In this document: piece after piece, positions 1-9,179 of the stretch | How the letters are laid out: each line of letters begins with the position of its first letter | How positions within the stretch are numbered: position 1 is the first letter of the stretch | Assembly: GCA_034431835.1 (NCBI GenBank) | Contig: DAOUDA010000060.1 | Span: forward strand, 2,106 to 66,105 | Direction of reading: 5' to 3' | DNA length: 64,000 nucleotides | DNA from: Chloroflexaceae bacterium | GTDB taxonomy: Bacteria > Chloroflexota > Chloroflexia > Chloroflexales > Chloroflexaceae | Notes under the pieces: model-generated | The model's input: the letters and a program-made list of their open reading frames with translations, nothing else | Databases searched by the model: none | Told to the model about the DNA's origin: nothing | Position numbers and translations under genes: made by a program

Positions 1-1
1 G

Positions 2-706
2 AACTTCTCCAACAGCGAACACCTCTGGCACCAGACCCGCCACCACTGGCCGATCATCGGCGGCTTCATCGGGCGCGAGCCGCCCTATCCCCCGGGCCGC
101 TACGCCCCGGGGATCAAAGAACTGCGCTTCGGACAGGTCGAACGCGATGACATCCTCAGCCCTGGCTGGCCCGACCTGGCCCGCGAGACCCTGGCCGCCT
201 ACGCCATACGTTATGTCGTGTTCCATCACGACTCGATGGGTTCGTCGCTGCCGCGCATGCGCGACCTGGTCGCCGAGATGGGCCTGGGCGAGAGCCACCG
301 CGACGAACAGGTGAGCTTTTATCCCGTACCGACGCCGGAGCGACCCCGCCCCCTGGCCTACCTCGGCCCCGGCTGGGGCGACCTGGAGCAGGACGCCACG
401 GGCACGCGATGGCGCTGGATGGGCGACGCGGCGCAGGTCTTCCTGCTCAACCCGACCGGCGCTCCGCGCCCCGTGCGCCTGACACTCGACCTCGAAGCCT
501 TCGAGCGCCCCCGCGCGCTCAGCGCCCGCCTGGGCGACGCCGCGCCCTTCACCCTGAGCATCAGCCGGGCGCGTATGCGCCGCACCCTGCACCTCGTGCT
601 GCCCCCCGGCGAGTCTGTGCTATACTTAAGCGCCCCCGCCGACGCGCCGCCCGGACAACCCTCTCGTCGGCTGAGCCTGGCGTTTATGGGTATTAGTATT
701 GAGTAG
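2..706 (+). CDS. hypothetical protein, C-terminal fragment (5' end lies upstream of the window)
   Basis: Frame 2 is open from base 2 to TAG 704-706; the track shows it only from the internal Met at 218. Codon bias matches neighbouring genes. The last ~110 aa (371-703; GWGDLE..TRWRWMGD..RRLSLAFMGISI) resemble a module also present in the 1761-4067 and 39882-42059 proteins. Confidence 0.6.
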   Translation, partial: NFSNSEHLWHQTRHHWPIIGGFIGREPPYPPGRYAPGIKELRFGQVERDDILSPGWPDLARETLAAYAIRYVVFHHDSMGSSLPRMRDLVAEMGLGESHRDEQVSFYPVPTPERPRPLAYLGPGWGDLEQDATGTRWRWMGDAAQVFLLNPTGAPRPVRLTLDLEAFERPRALSARLGDAAPFTLSISRARMRRTLHLVLPPGESVLYLSAPADAPPGQPSRRLSLAFMGISIE

Positions 707-744
707 ATTTTGGCGGGGCCGGGCCCTCCCAGGTGGAGGAACAT

Positions 745-770
745 GCGGAAACCGGGTTTCCCCACGCCCC
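745..770. repeat. palindromic repeat, family P1 (GGAAACCGGGTTTCCCC + ACGCCCC)
   Basis: CGGAAACCGGGTTTCCCCACGCCCC read directly; intergenic. Confidence 0.9.
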
Positions 771-827
771 TGCCGAACGGGAGGATCTGGGAGGATCTGG
801 CTCTCCCGGGAACTACCAGGAAGACCG

Positions 828-852
828 AGGAAACCGGGTTTCCCCACGCCCC
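828..852. repeat. palindromic repeat, family P1
   Basis: GAGGAAACCGGGTTTCCCCACGCCCC, the second copy 85 nt from the first. Confidence 0.9.
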
Positions 853-906
853 CTGCTGGATGAAAGGGCCACGTGCCCATCCTACGCAAACGTGTAACCT
901 CTCCGC

Positions 907-1764
907 ATGGCAACCACCACCATCCAATCTACCCGGCGGGAGCGCGAGGGGCGGCCGGTGCGCCTCGGCAAATGGCGCGCGGTTGCCTACGAGGTGGCCC
1001 TGAACGGCTGGCGCATTCTCCGCGAAACGGTCAACGACTTCAGCCTCTGGCGCATCATCGAGTACCCCTGGGCCACCCGCGCCCTCGACCTGCGTCGCGG
1101 CGACCTGGTGCTCGACATCGGCTCGGGCACCTCGTCGTACCCGCATATGCTCGCCCGAGAGGGCGTCAACGTGATCGTGCTGGAGCTGGACCCCGAACGG
1201 GTGCGCTGGCAACTCCGCATGCGGCGCGCCACCGCCCGCCCCGGCGACGGCCAGTTCTTCCCCCTGGTGGCCAGCGCCACCGCGATGCCGTTGCGCGATG
1301 GCAGCCTCGCGCGCATCGCCGCCATCTCCTCGCTCGAGCACATCCCCGACGATGCGGCGGTCGGGCGCGAAATCGGGCGCGTCCTGGCCCCCGGCGGCAT
1401 CGCCGCCCTGACCCTGCCCTTCACCAGCGGCGAGCGCGCCGGTTTCTTCCAGGGCATTCGCCCGTTCGTGCCGGTGGAGCGGAACGCCTTCGTGCAGGAG
1501 GGCAAACCCGGTTCGTTCTTCCGCTTCTACACCCTGGAGGACCTCGAGCGCACCTACGCCCGGCCCGCCGGTCTGCGGATGAGCCGGCTGGAGGGCTTCG
1601 GGCGCTCCATCCTCAACGGGCGCTATCATGAGACGCGGCTCACGCGCTACTGGCGCCGCTTCGTGCTCAAGGATCTGCTGCTGGCCCTGATCGTCCATCC
1701 CCTCGAGGAGCGTTTCGACCGCAGCGATCCGCTCTACGTGATGTTCACCCTGCATAAACCGTGA
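907..1764 (+). CDS. class I SAM-dependent methyltransferase
   Basis: Motif [13 protein letters not shown], followed by acidic VLELD and the post-I/II pattern ([22 protein letters not shown]; [12 protein letters not shown]) typical of Methyltransf_11-type enzymes. Its stop overlaps the next start (GTGA at 1761-1764). Confidence 0.85.
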   Translation: MATTTIQSTRREREGRPVRLGKWRAVAYEVALNGWRILRETVNDFSLWRIIEYPWATRALDLRRGDLVLDIGSGTSSYPHMLAREGVNVIVLELDPERVRWQLRMRRATARPGDGQFFPLVASATAMPLRDGSLARIAAISSLEHIPDDAAVGREIGRVLAPGGIAALTLPFTSGERAGFFQGIRPFVPVERNAFVQEGKPGSFFRFYTLEDLERTYARPAGLRMSRLEGFGRSILNGRYHETRLTRYWRRFVLKDLLLALIVHPLEERFDRSDPLYVMFTLHKP

Positions 1765-4067
1765 ACGCCGAGTCCCGCCAGGGTCTGGAAACCGAGCCAC
1801 GCGGCCTGGCCGCCACCTCCGCGCCCGTGTCCGCCCGACGGCGGGCGGACACGCCAGGTCTCTCCCTCAACTGGACCACGCCGGGCTTCCTGGCGCTGCT
1901 GCTGGTGGTCGCTGCGCTGGTGTCGCTCGGCCGCTCGCGCGCCCCCGTCCTGGCGCCGGTGACCGGCGGCGAGATCGCGCCCGGACCGGTCTTCCTCGAC
2001 GGCATCTATGGCCCCGAGCGCCACCCCGATGGCTCCCTCTACCGCTGGACGAGCGGCAACGCCCTGGTTCAGGTGCGGGGCGCCTTCTTCGCCGCGCCCA
2101 CCTACCTCGCCGAGGTGCGTCTGCGCGCCGACAACCCCGCGGGGCCGCAGCCGCTGACGTTGCTCGCGGGCGGGCAACCCGTGGCCCGCGTCACCCCGGA
2201 GTCACGCTTTCGCATCTACCGGCTGCTGATCGGCCCCGGCGGCGAGGGCGCTGAGCTCTGGCTCGCCCTCCAGACGCCCACCTTCGTCGCCAACGACAAC
2301 CCGCGCCCCCTGGGCGTGATGCTCACCGATGTGCGGCTGCGCCCGCTCACCCGGCCCGACCTGGCGGGCGCGGCGCTCACTGGCCTGGGACTGGCGGCGC
2401 TCTGGGCCTTGCTGCGCGCCCTCCGGCTGCCGCGGGGCGACGCGCTGGCGCTCACCGGCGTCGCCGGCCTCGGGCTGGCGGCCCTGGCCACCCTCAACCG
2501 GCCCGCGGCCCTGCCTCCGGCCTGGCTGGCGGCCCTGATGCTCACCGGCGCCTTCCTGGCCGCCCTGACCGCGCGACCTTTCCCTGCGCGCCTCGGCCTG
2601 GCCGCCCTGATGCCGCTGGTCGCCCTGGCGGGCCTGATCTGGCCCTCCTGGCTCTCCGACGATGCCTTCATCTCCTTCCGCTACGCCCAGAACCTGGCCC
2701 TGGGCCACGGGCTGGTCTACAACGTCGGCGAGCGGGTCGAGGGCTACACCAATTTTCTGTGGACGGTCATGGCGGCGGGGGTGCTGCGCCTGGGGGGTGA
2801 CCTGGTACTCTGGAGCCACGCTGGCGGGGTGCTCCTCGGGCTGCTGATCGTCGTGGGAACCTACCGCGTGGCCGAGCCGCTGATCGGCCCGCCGTGGGCG
2901 CTGGTGGCGGCCCTGCTCACCGGCACGAGCCAGAGCCTGTTGCTCTACACCGCCCGCGGCGCCGGGCTCGAGACGGGGCTGTTCACCCTGCTCGCGCTCG
3001 TGGGCGGAGGAGCATACCTGGCCCGCGAGCGCCTGGGGCCGCGCGCGCTGGTTGCCGCCGGGCTGGCCTTCGCCCTCGCCGCCCTCACCCGCCCCGAGGG
3101 CCTGCTGTTGTTCGCCCTCACGGCCTTGCATGCCGCACTCACAGCAATGCTGAGGCAACAGAGCGGCCCGGCGGAACGTTTGCGCGCGACGCTGCCGCCG
3201 TTGCTGGCCCTGGGGGCCCCCTTCCTGGCCCTGTTCGGGCCGTACTTCCTGTGGCGGCTGAGCTACTACGGCGACTTGCTGCCCAACACCTTCTACGCCA
3301 AAACCGGCGGCGGCCTGAAGCAGATCGAGCGCGGTCTGGCCTACGCCGGAGCCTTCGCCCTGAGCATCGGCGGGCCGCTGCTGCTGGTGATCGCCGCGCC
3401 GTGGCTGCGCTCCTGGCGCGCGGCCCTGGCCTCGTGGCGCGGCTACGCCCTGCTGGTGACCCTGACCTACAGCGCCTACATCATCGCCGTCGGCGGCGAT
3501 CACTTTCGCGGAGAACGCTTCTTCGCGCCCCTGGTCCCCTGGTTCGCGCTCCTTATCGCCGACGGGTTGGCGACTATCGTTCAGGCGCTCCCCGCGCCCG
3601 CGCGCCTGGCGCGGCCCTTGCTGGCTTTCGGGCTAACCATCGGGAGCCTGGCCGCCCTCGCGCGCACCGCGCCCTTCGACACCACCATCCGCGGGCTGGA
3701 CGAAAGCGTGTGGATCTGGCGCGAGATCGGCTGGTGGCTGTACGACCACAGCGCGCCCGATGCCAGCATCGCCGTCGCCGGCGCCGGCGCGGTGGCCTTC
3801 TACGGGCAGCGCACGGCGATTGACATGTACGGGCTAACCGACCGCCACATCGGCCGGCTGGACATCGCGGGCATGGGCCAGGGCGTGCCCGGCCACGAAA
3901 AGCGCGATCCCGGCTACATCCTCCACCAACGCCGCCCGACCTACATCCCGCGCATCTGGGACGACTATTTTGGCGGCCCGGCGGCCCTGGAGCCGTCCTA
4001 CCGCCTCATCCGCGTGGTGAGCCGCTCGGGACGGGCATTGGAACTGTGGGAACGCCGGGAAGAATGA
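1761..4067 (+). CDS. polytopic membrane protein, GT-C-type glycosyltransferase candidate, with an N-terminal extracytoplasmic ~115-aa module
   Basis: 768 aa with more than 10 hydrophobic helices. An acidic first-loop motif, [19 protein letters not shown], follows an early TM helix, as in GT-C enzymes. N-terminal module 1992-2348 ([28 protein letters not shown]). Translationally coupled to the upstream methyltransferase. Confidence 0.7.
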   Translation: MNAESRQGLETEPRGLAATSAPVSARRRADTPGLSLNWTTPGFLALLLVVAALVSLGRSRAPVLAPVTGGEIAPGPVFLDGIYGPERHPDGSLYRWTSGNALVQVRGAFFAAPTYLAEVRLRADNPAGPQPLTLLAGGQPVARVTPESRFRIYRLLIGPGGEGAELWLALQTPTFVANDNPRPLGVMLTDVRLRPLTRPDLAGAALTGLGLAALWALLRALRLPRGDALALTGVAGLGLAALATLNRPAALPPAWLAALMLTGAFLAALTARPFPARLGLAALMPLVALAGLIWPSWLSDDAFISFRYAQNLALGHGLVYNVGERVEGYTNFLWTVMAAGVLRLGGDLVLWSHAGGVLLGLLIVVGTYRVAEPLIGPPWALVAALLTGTSQSLLLYTARGAGLETGLFTLLALVGGGAYLARERLGPRALVAAGLAFALAALTRPEGLLLFALTALHAALTAMLRQQSGPAERLRATLPPLLALGAPFLALFGPYFLWRLSYYGDLLPNTFYAKTGGGLKQIERGLAYAGAFALSIGGPLLLVIAAPWLRSWRAALASWRGYALLVTLTYSAYIIAVGGDHFRGERFFAPLVPWFALLIADGLATIVQALPAPARLARPLLAFGLTIGSLAALARTAPFDTTIRGLDESVWIWREIGWWLYDHSAPDASIAVAGAGAVAFYGQRTAIDMYGLTDRHIGRLDIAGMGQGVPGHEKRDPGYILHQRRPTYIPRIWDDYFGGPAALEPSYRLIRVVSRSGRALELWERREE

Positions 4068-4208
4068 ATAGCGGAATCCGCATATCACCCTTTTGTCAGC
4101 GAATCAGCGCAACCTTACACGGATCTCGCTCGTTTTATAGATAGCCCGCGTCCATCTCGCCCGCCGCGCCGTGGACGAGCCTTGCAGAACGCAACAGGTT
4201 AAGGAACC

Positions 4209-5492
4209 ATGAACGTTCTCTACTGCATCCCGCGCTACGACAGCGCCGCGATGGGCAATCGCATTCACACCGAAGTGATCGCCGAATGGCGGCGGCACGG
4301 CGTCGAGACCGAAGTGCTGAGCCTCGACGCCCGTCTGAAGCGCCGGGTCACGAGCATCGAAGAGGGGGTGACGGTGCATCGCCTCCCGGTGAGTGCCAGC
4401 GCGCCGCTGAAACTCGCCAATCGCGCCGTGGCCGCCGCGCTGCCCTATCCCTACCTCGCCGGCGCCGCCTTACACTTCCAGCGTCTTATTCGCGAGCGGC
4501 GCTACGCTCTGGCCCACATCGAAACCGCCTTTCCCCTCGGCCTGATCGCGGCGCTGGCCCCGGGTCGCCATTCGCCGCCCCTGGCAATCACCCTGCCTGG
4601 CGCCGATATTATGGCCGAGCCGGAATTCGACTACGGCTACGGGCGCTTCCCCGCCGTGCGGGCCGTTTTGCCATGGGTTTTCCGGCGCGCCGCCGTGCTG
4701 CGCGCCGACTCGCCCCAGATCCGCGAACTGGCCATCCGCCTGGGCGCCAATCCTCGCAAGGTCGTTGCAATCCCCTACAACATCACCGCCGACAGTTTCC
4801 CCCCTCCTGGCGACCTCGCGGCCTTCCGCTGGCACGGTCGCCTGGCGATCGCGGAACGCCACCATCTCGACCTCGGCCGGCCCATCGTGGTCAGTCTGAA
4901 CCGTCTGCATCCTTTCAAAGGCATCGCGTACCTGCTGGACGCGCTGCCGTACCTGCGGCGGCGCGGGATCGCGCCGCAGGTACTCATCGTCGGTCCCAAC
5001 CGCTCGACACCGCGCTTCGGCGACTACGGCGCCTTTCTGCGAGCGCGGGCCGAAGCCGTGGGGGCCGCTGCCGATGTCCATTTCACCGGCGGCATTGCCC
5101 ACGCCGAAGCCATCACCTACCTCGCTGCGGCCGATGTCGCGGTGGTGCCTTCAGTGGCCGAGTCCTTCAGTCGCGTGGTGGTCGAAGCTGCGGCGGTGGG
5201 CACGCCTGCGGTGGTCACCCGCACGACCGGGGTCAGCGACTACGTGGCGGCGCACGGCGCTGGCCGGGTGGTCGATCCCCGCTCCGGCGCGTCGATCGCC
5301 GAGGCCCTCGAGGAGTTGCTCACCAACCGGGAGACCTGGGCCGCCTGTAGCCGCTCTGCGGCGGCAATGGCCCCGGCCTTCGGTTCGGCGCGCATCGCGG
5401 TCGATCTACTACGTCTGTACCAGCCGTTTCTGGGTCCACACCTCGAGCCCGAACCGTACCGCCCGGAAACATTGACAACGGTAGCGAACTGA
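4209..5492 (+). CDS. glycosyltransferase family 4 (GT-B, group 1)
   Basis: C-terminal EX7E signature ESFSRVVVEAAAVGTPAVV, preceded by the typical ..LIVGP..../FTGG pattern. AAGGAACC RBS lies before ATG 4209. Confidence 0.85.
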   Translation: MNVLYCIPRYDSAAMGNRIHTEVIAEWRRHGVETEVLSLDARLKRRVTSIEEGVTVHRLPVSASAPLKLANRAVAAALPYPYLAGAALHFQRLIRERRYALAHIETAFPLGLIAALAPGRHSPPLAITLPGADIMAEPEFDYGYGRFPAVRAVLPWVFRRAAVLRADSPQIRELAIRLGANPRKVVAIPYNITADSFPPPGDLAAFRWHGRLAIAERHHLDLGRPIVVSLNRLHPFKGIAYLLDALPYLRRRGIAPQVLIVGPNRSTPRFGDYGAFLRARAEAVGAAADVHFTGGIAHAEAITYLAAADVAVVPSVAESFSRVVVEAAAVGTPAVVTRTTGVSDYVAAHGAGRVVDPRSGASIAEALEELLTNRETWAACSRSAAAMAPAFGSARIAVDLLRLYQPFLGPHLEPEPYRPETLTTVAN

Positions 5493-5581
5493 GCTAAGAT
5501 CAGCGGCCATCATCTGGGCCGCAGTGCGCGGCCCGCCCCCCCCCGTCCTGAGGGCCGTCCACCGAGAAGGAGACCTTGTCC

Positions 5582-6364
5582 ATGAAGCGATATCGCGCGT
5601 CTACCATTGTGAGCCTGGTGGTTGGGCTGCTGGCCATTGGCGCCATTGCCGTGGCCCTCTGGCAGGCCCCCCGGGGCGTGGCGCAAGATCAACAGCCGAT
5701 CCTGCAATACCCTGACTACCCGCCCACCCCCACCGTCGGTCCAAACCCGACCACGCCGGCCCTCCCGCAGGGCATGGCGCCGCTCACCGCGGCCGCCTTC
5801 GACGACGCCGCCGCCCTGAGCGACTGGGAGATCGTCGATCTCGAGTTCGTGTTGCCCGAGAGCCGTTCGGTCTGGACCGTTCGCGATGGGCGGTTGGCAC
5901 AGGACGCCACCGCAGCCGCCGGTAATCCGTCGATCCAGGAAACGGTCGCCCTCACCGGTTCGGCTGAGTGGACCGACTACACCGTCAGGGTGAGCTTCTA
6001 CGACTTCTTCAACGGCACTGCCGGGCTGGTGGCCCGCTACAGCGGGGCCGATCCGACCATTGCCAGTTACTATCGCTTTCGCATGCTGAAGAGCACCTTC
6101 GAGGACACACCGAAGCGTGTACTGGAGAAGGTCGAGGGCGGCGTTGCGACCACCCTGATGGCGATTGACGAACCTGGCTTCACCGAGCGCGCCTGGCACA
6201 CCCTCGCCCTGAGCGTGAACGGCAACACCATTACCGCTACCCTTGATGGTCAGATCATGGCCCAGGTAGAGGACCCCGCGCCGCTGAAGGCCGGACGCGC
6301 CGGCATTTACACCCGCGCGATCGGCGGGATCATCTTCGATGACTTTGCCGTCGTCCAGCCGTAG
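5582..6364 (+). CDS. membrane-anchored extracytoplasmic protein with a concanavalin/LamG-like (DUF1080-type) jelly-roll domain
   Basis: N-terminal TM helix (IVSLVVGLLAIGAIAVALW), a Pro-rich spacer, then a ~190-aa domain ending AGRAGIYTRAIGGIIFDDFAVV. ATG 5582 sits 10 nt after AAGGAG; the track start 5576 is a TTG. Confidence 0.6.
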   Translation: MKRYRASTIVSLVVGLLAIGAIAVALWQAPRGVAQDQQPILQYPDYPPTPTVGPNPTTPALPQGMAPLTAAAFDDAAALSDWEIVDLEFVLPESRSVWTVRDGRLAQDATAAAGNPSIQETVALTGSAEWTDYTVRVSFYDFFNGTAGLVARYSGADPTIASYYRFRMLKSTFEDTPKRVLEKVEGGVATTLMAIDEPGFTERAWHTLALSVNGNTITATLDGQIMAQVEDPAPLKAGRAGIYTRAIGGIIFDDFAVVQP

Positions 6365-6515
6365 CCATGATCAAGAATCGGGCCCACGCGAGCCCCGGCA
6401 ACGCAGCCGGAGACCGCGGGGCCGGTTTCCTCGGCCACAGTTCAGGATCGGGCACATGAGCCTTATTGGTGCATCCGGCAAGTCACGTTACACGAAAGGG
6501 CTGGGAGGAGGGTTC

Positions 6516-6538
6516 CTGGGAGGGCTTTGCCCTCCCAG
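6516..6538. repeat. hairpin repeat, family P2 (GGGAGGGC-loop-GCCCTCCC)
   Basis: CTGGGAGGGCTTTGCCCTCCCAG. Confidence 0.85.
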
Positions 6539-6587
6539 ACCTTCCCGTTCGAGCACTTGCCGGATGCACCACTTATCGTCCTGTTCA

Positions 6588-6621
6588 CACCTCCACACCT
6601 CTACACCTCCACACTTCCACC
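6588..6621 (+). repeat. 8-nt tandem array (CACCTCCA)x4
   Basis: CACCTCCA CACCTCTA CACCTCCA CACTTCCA CC, 121 nt upstream of ATG 6742 and in the sense orientation. Confidence 0.9.
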
Positions 6622-6741
6622 TGACGGACGCGGAGGAGCGTAGCGGTGCGGAGACAACGAACTGGACACAGGCCAGAAACGATACGCGGGGGCGCCTGCC
6701 ACGAACGCTTCGCCCATCCCCGCCTGGAGGTAGAACGAGCC

Positions 6742-9006
6742 ATGCTGCGAACGTCGCTTGTCGTGCTGTGTACCGTTGCGATGCTGGCCGCCGTGTTTGC
6801 GGCTCAGCCGGCGCCCACTGCCAGGGCCCAGGAGGGCAGCCTGCGACTGATCACCGAGTTCATCCTGCCGAACTCGAACGATGTGAAGTTCCCCCACGTC
6901 GTGGCAGGCAACAACCAGGTCCATGCCTCTGGAAACGCCTTTCGCCGCACCGCCTTCGCCTGGAGCAAGGCGGCGACCGCCACCAACTTCCCCAACCCGG
7001 TGGACCTGGGCCCCGCCGAGGGCCAACCGGATTACTCCCCCACCTCGATCACCCTGGGGCCCGATGGTTCGGTGTGGGCGGCCTGGATCAACCAGGCGTC
7101 GCGCACGATCTTCGTGCGCCAACGCTCCCCGCAGGGTGAATGGGGGCCGACCCGCATCGTCAACCGGGGTTCGCCCTTCCCGGTCTCGGTCGAGGTGGCG
7201 GTATCGACCAACAATCAGATCTTCGTCGCGTGGCGCGATCCCGGCACCCCGGTACGCTTCCGCAGTTCCACCGACGGCGGCGTAAACTGGAGCGGTCTGA
7301 CCAATGTCACCAGTTTCGAGGCCTACGCCTCGCCCCTGGGACTGGCCGCGGGGCCGAATGGGCAGGTCGGGTTGACCTTCACCGCGGGCGCCGGGGATCG
7401 CCTGCACATCTTTGCCGGCCTGTGGAACGCGGCAGCATCGCGCTTTGAGATCAGCCAGGTGACCTCCGGCGGCGATGGGTGGGCCGACTCGAGTATTGGC
7501 TTCAACCGCCTGGGCCGGGTGTATGTGGCCTGGCGCGGTATTGCGGAGGGTGGGCCAAACTCGGGTGTGTTCTATGCCGAGCGCCAGGCCGATGGCAGTT
7601 GGCCGCGCAGCCGGCTCACCTCGGGCCGGGTCATCGGCACCGTGAACATCAATGCCGACGAGCAGAACAACCTGCACCTGTCGTGGATCGGGCAGCCGTC
7701 GGGCGCCATCCAGCCCTTTTACGCCTTCAAGCCTCCCACGACCGGCTTCCGCGGGCCACTGGCCTCCGCCGCCCAGGGCGCGCTCTTTAACCCGCGGGCC
7801 TACGGCAGCATCGCCGCGACTTCGGCGTACAACCACATGGTCAGCGAGGAGTTCACCGGGAGCGGGTTGCGCACCCGCTATTCGCTGTTCAGCGCCGCGG
7901 TCTTCGGCGGCCAGCCGGTGATCGAGGGCGATGCGCCCAGAACCGGACGGAGCCTTGACCGGGCTGTGCTGGTCTCCTTCCCCAGCCTCCAGGGTGCGCC
8001 CAACCAGATCCGCTGGCGCTGGAACGCCCCGCCAACCGACGCCGCGAGCGACTCCAACGGCTGGCAACCCTTCAGCAATCCGCTGCGGGTCCCCGTGCCC
8101 GAAGCGCTGTACAACGACACGTCCTGTTTGCCATCAACCTTGTTCACCCAACTGCGCAATACGCAGACCGGCGAGATTGAAGCCGAGGCGCGCTCCGACA
8201 GCATTCAAATCGATGGCGCCGTAGAAGTCTGGGTGTACCTGGAGAACCCGATCGCCAAGGCCACAAGCACCGGCAATGCCCCGGTGAACACCGACGGCGA
8301 GGCGCCGGGCGGCGCGACCGACCATACACGCTATCCGTTCACCTATCTGAACATCATTCCCGACACCGACTGCAGCGGTCTGACCACGGCCCGGATCGGC
8401 AACGCCGAGAACAATCTGACCACCACGTACCAACTCGGGCCGAACGGCTTTACCGGGTATGTGCCGATCCCCGGCTTCAGCGGCGAGCAATCACGGCCCT
8501 GGCCGATGGTGGTCGAGGTGCGCGATGGCGCGGGTAACGTGCAGACCTTTACCCTCACCATCAACTACGACAGGGTGAAACCGCGGTTGAACCAGCAGGG
8601 CGCGAGCGTGGACTCGCAGGCCAGCGCAACCCCCCATCCACAGTTTGACCTGCTTCAGACCCTGCGCTTCAACAACATCCCCGTGGATGACGACTACTTC
8701 CCCGACGAGATCTGGGGCGTGTGGGTGGCCAACTCTCCTGATCGAGTAACTGACCCGTTACGAGATCAGAATCTGCGGTGGTTCATCGTCCCGGCGAGCG
8801 GCGTGCAAAACGGAACCTTCGACATCAGGAACTGGAGCCTTGCGAGCGGCCTCAGCCGGGCGCAACTGGTGGCGGGCGAGGATTACTACCTCTATGTCCG
8901 CTTCCTCGACGCGGCGGGAAATGCCACTGATGAATACGTCGAGATCCGCGTGCCCTCCAGTAACCTGACGCCACCCCAACTGTGGTTGCCGAGGGTGTAC
9001 CGATAA
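6742..9006 (+). CDS. secreted BNR/sialidase-like beta-propeller repeat protein with a C-terminal Ig-like region
   Basis: Signal peptide MLRTSLVVLCTVAMLAAVFAAQPAPTARAQE starts at ATG 6742, with GGAGG 11 nt upstream. Asp-box SSTDGGVNWS is present. Blade-like strings recur (IFVAWRD, VYVAWRG, LHLSWIG). Confidence 0.65.
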   Translation: MLRTSLVVLCTVAMLAAVFAAQPAPTARAQEGSLRLITEFILPNSNDVKFPHVVAGNNQVHASGNAFRRTAFAWSKAATATNFPNPVDLGPAEGQPDYSPTSITLGPDGSVWAAWINQASRTIFVRQRSPQGEWGPTRIVNRGSPFPVSVEVAVSTNNQIFVAWRDPGTPVRFRSSTDGGVNWSGLTNVTSFEAYASPLGLAAGPNGQVGLTFTAGAGDRLHIFAGLWNAAASRFEISQVTSGGDGWADSSIGFNRLGRVYVAWRGIAEGGPNSGVFYAERQADGSWPRSRLTSGRVIGTVNINADEQNNLHLSWIGQPSGAIQPFYAFKPPTTGFRGPLASAAQGALFNPRAYGSIAATSAYNHMVSEEFTGSGLRTRYSLFSAAVFGGQPVIEGDAPRTGRSLDRAVLVSFPSLQGAPNQIRWRWNAPPTDAASDSNGWQPFSNPLRVPVPEALYNDTSCLPSTLFTQLRNTQTGEIEAEARSDSIQIDGAVEVWVYLENPIAKATSTGNAPVNTDGEAPGGATDHTRYPFTYLNIIPDTDCSGLTTARIGNAENNLTTTYQLGPNGFTGYVPIPGFSGEQSRPWPMVVEVRDGAGNVQTFTLTINYDRVKPRLNQQGASVDSQASATPHPQFDLLQTLRFNNIPVDDDYFPDEIWGVWVANSPDRVTDPLRDQNLRWFIVPASGVQNGTFDIRNWSLASGLSRAQLVAGEDYYLYVRFLDAAGNATDEYVEIRVPSSNLTPPQLWLPRVYR

Positions 9007-9031
9007 GCGGTTTCGGCGATGGTTCCTTGAT

Positions 9032-9069
9032 GGGAGGGTCCGGGAGGGCAACGTCCTTCCGGACCCTCC
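9032..9069. repeat. hairpin repeat, family P2 variant
   Basis: GGGAGGGTCCGGGAGGGCAACGTCCTTCCGGACCCTCC, between convergent genes. Confidence 0.7.
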
Positions 9070-9096
9070 TCCGTTGTTACCCTCCTCCGTTGTTAC
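9065..9096 (+). repeat. 16-nt tandem direct repeat x2
   Basis: CCTCCTCCGTTGTTAC twice in succession. Confidence 0.85.
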
Positions 9097-9142
9097 CGCC
9101 CGATGAAAACCGGCCCGCGTCCGGCAGCCGCGTGCTGCGGCC

Positions 9143-9170
9143 CTATCGGCTATCGGCTATCGGCTATCGA
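9143..9170 (+). repeat. heptamer tandem repeat (CTATCGG)x4
   Basis: CTATCGG CTATCGG CTATCGG CTATCGA, 10 nt from the radical SAM gene stop. Confidence 0.9.
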
Positions 9171-9179
9171 ATTTTCACA

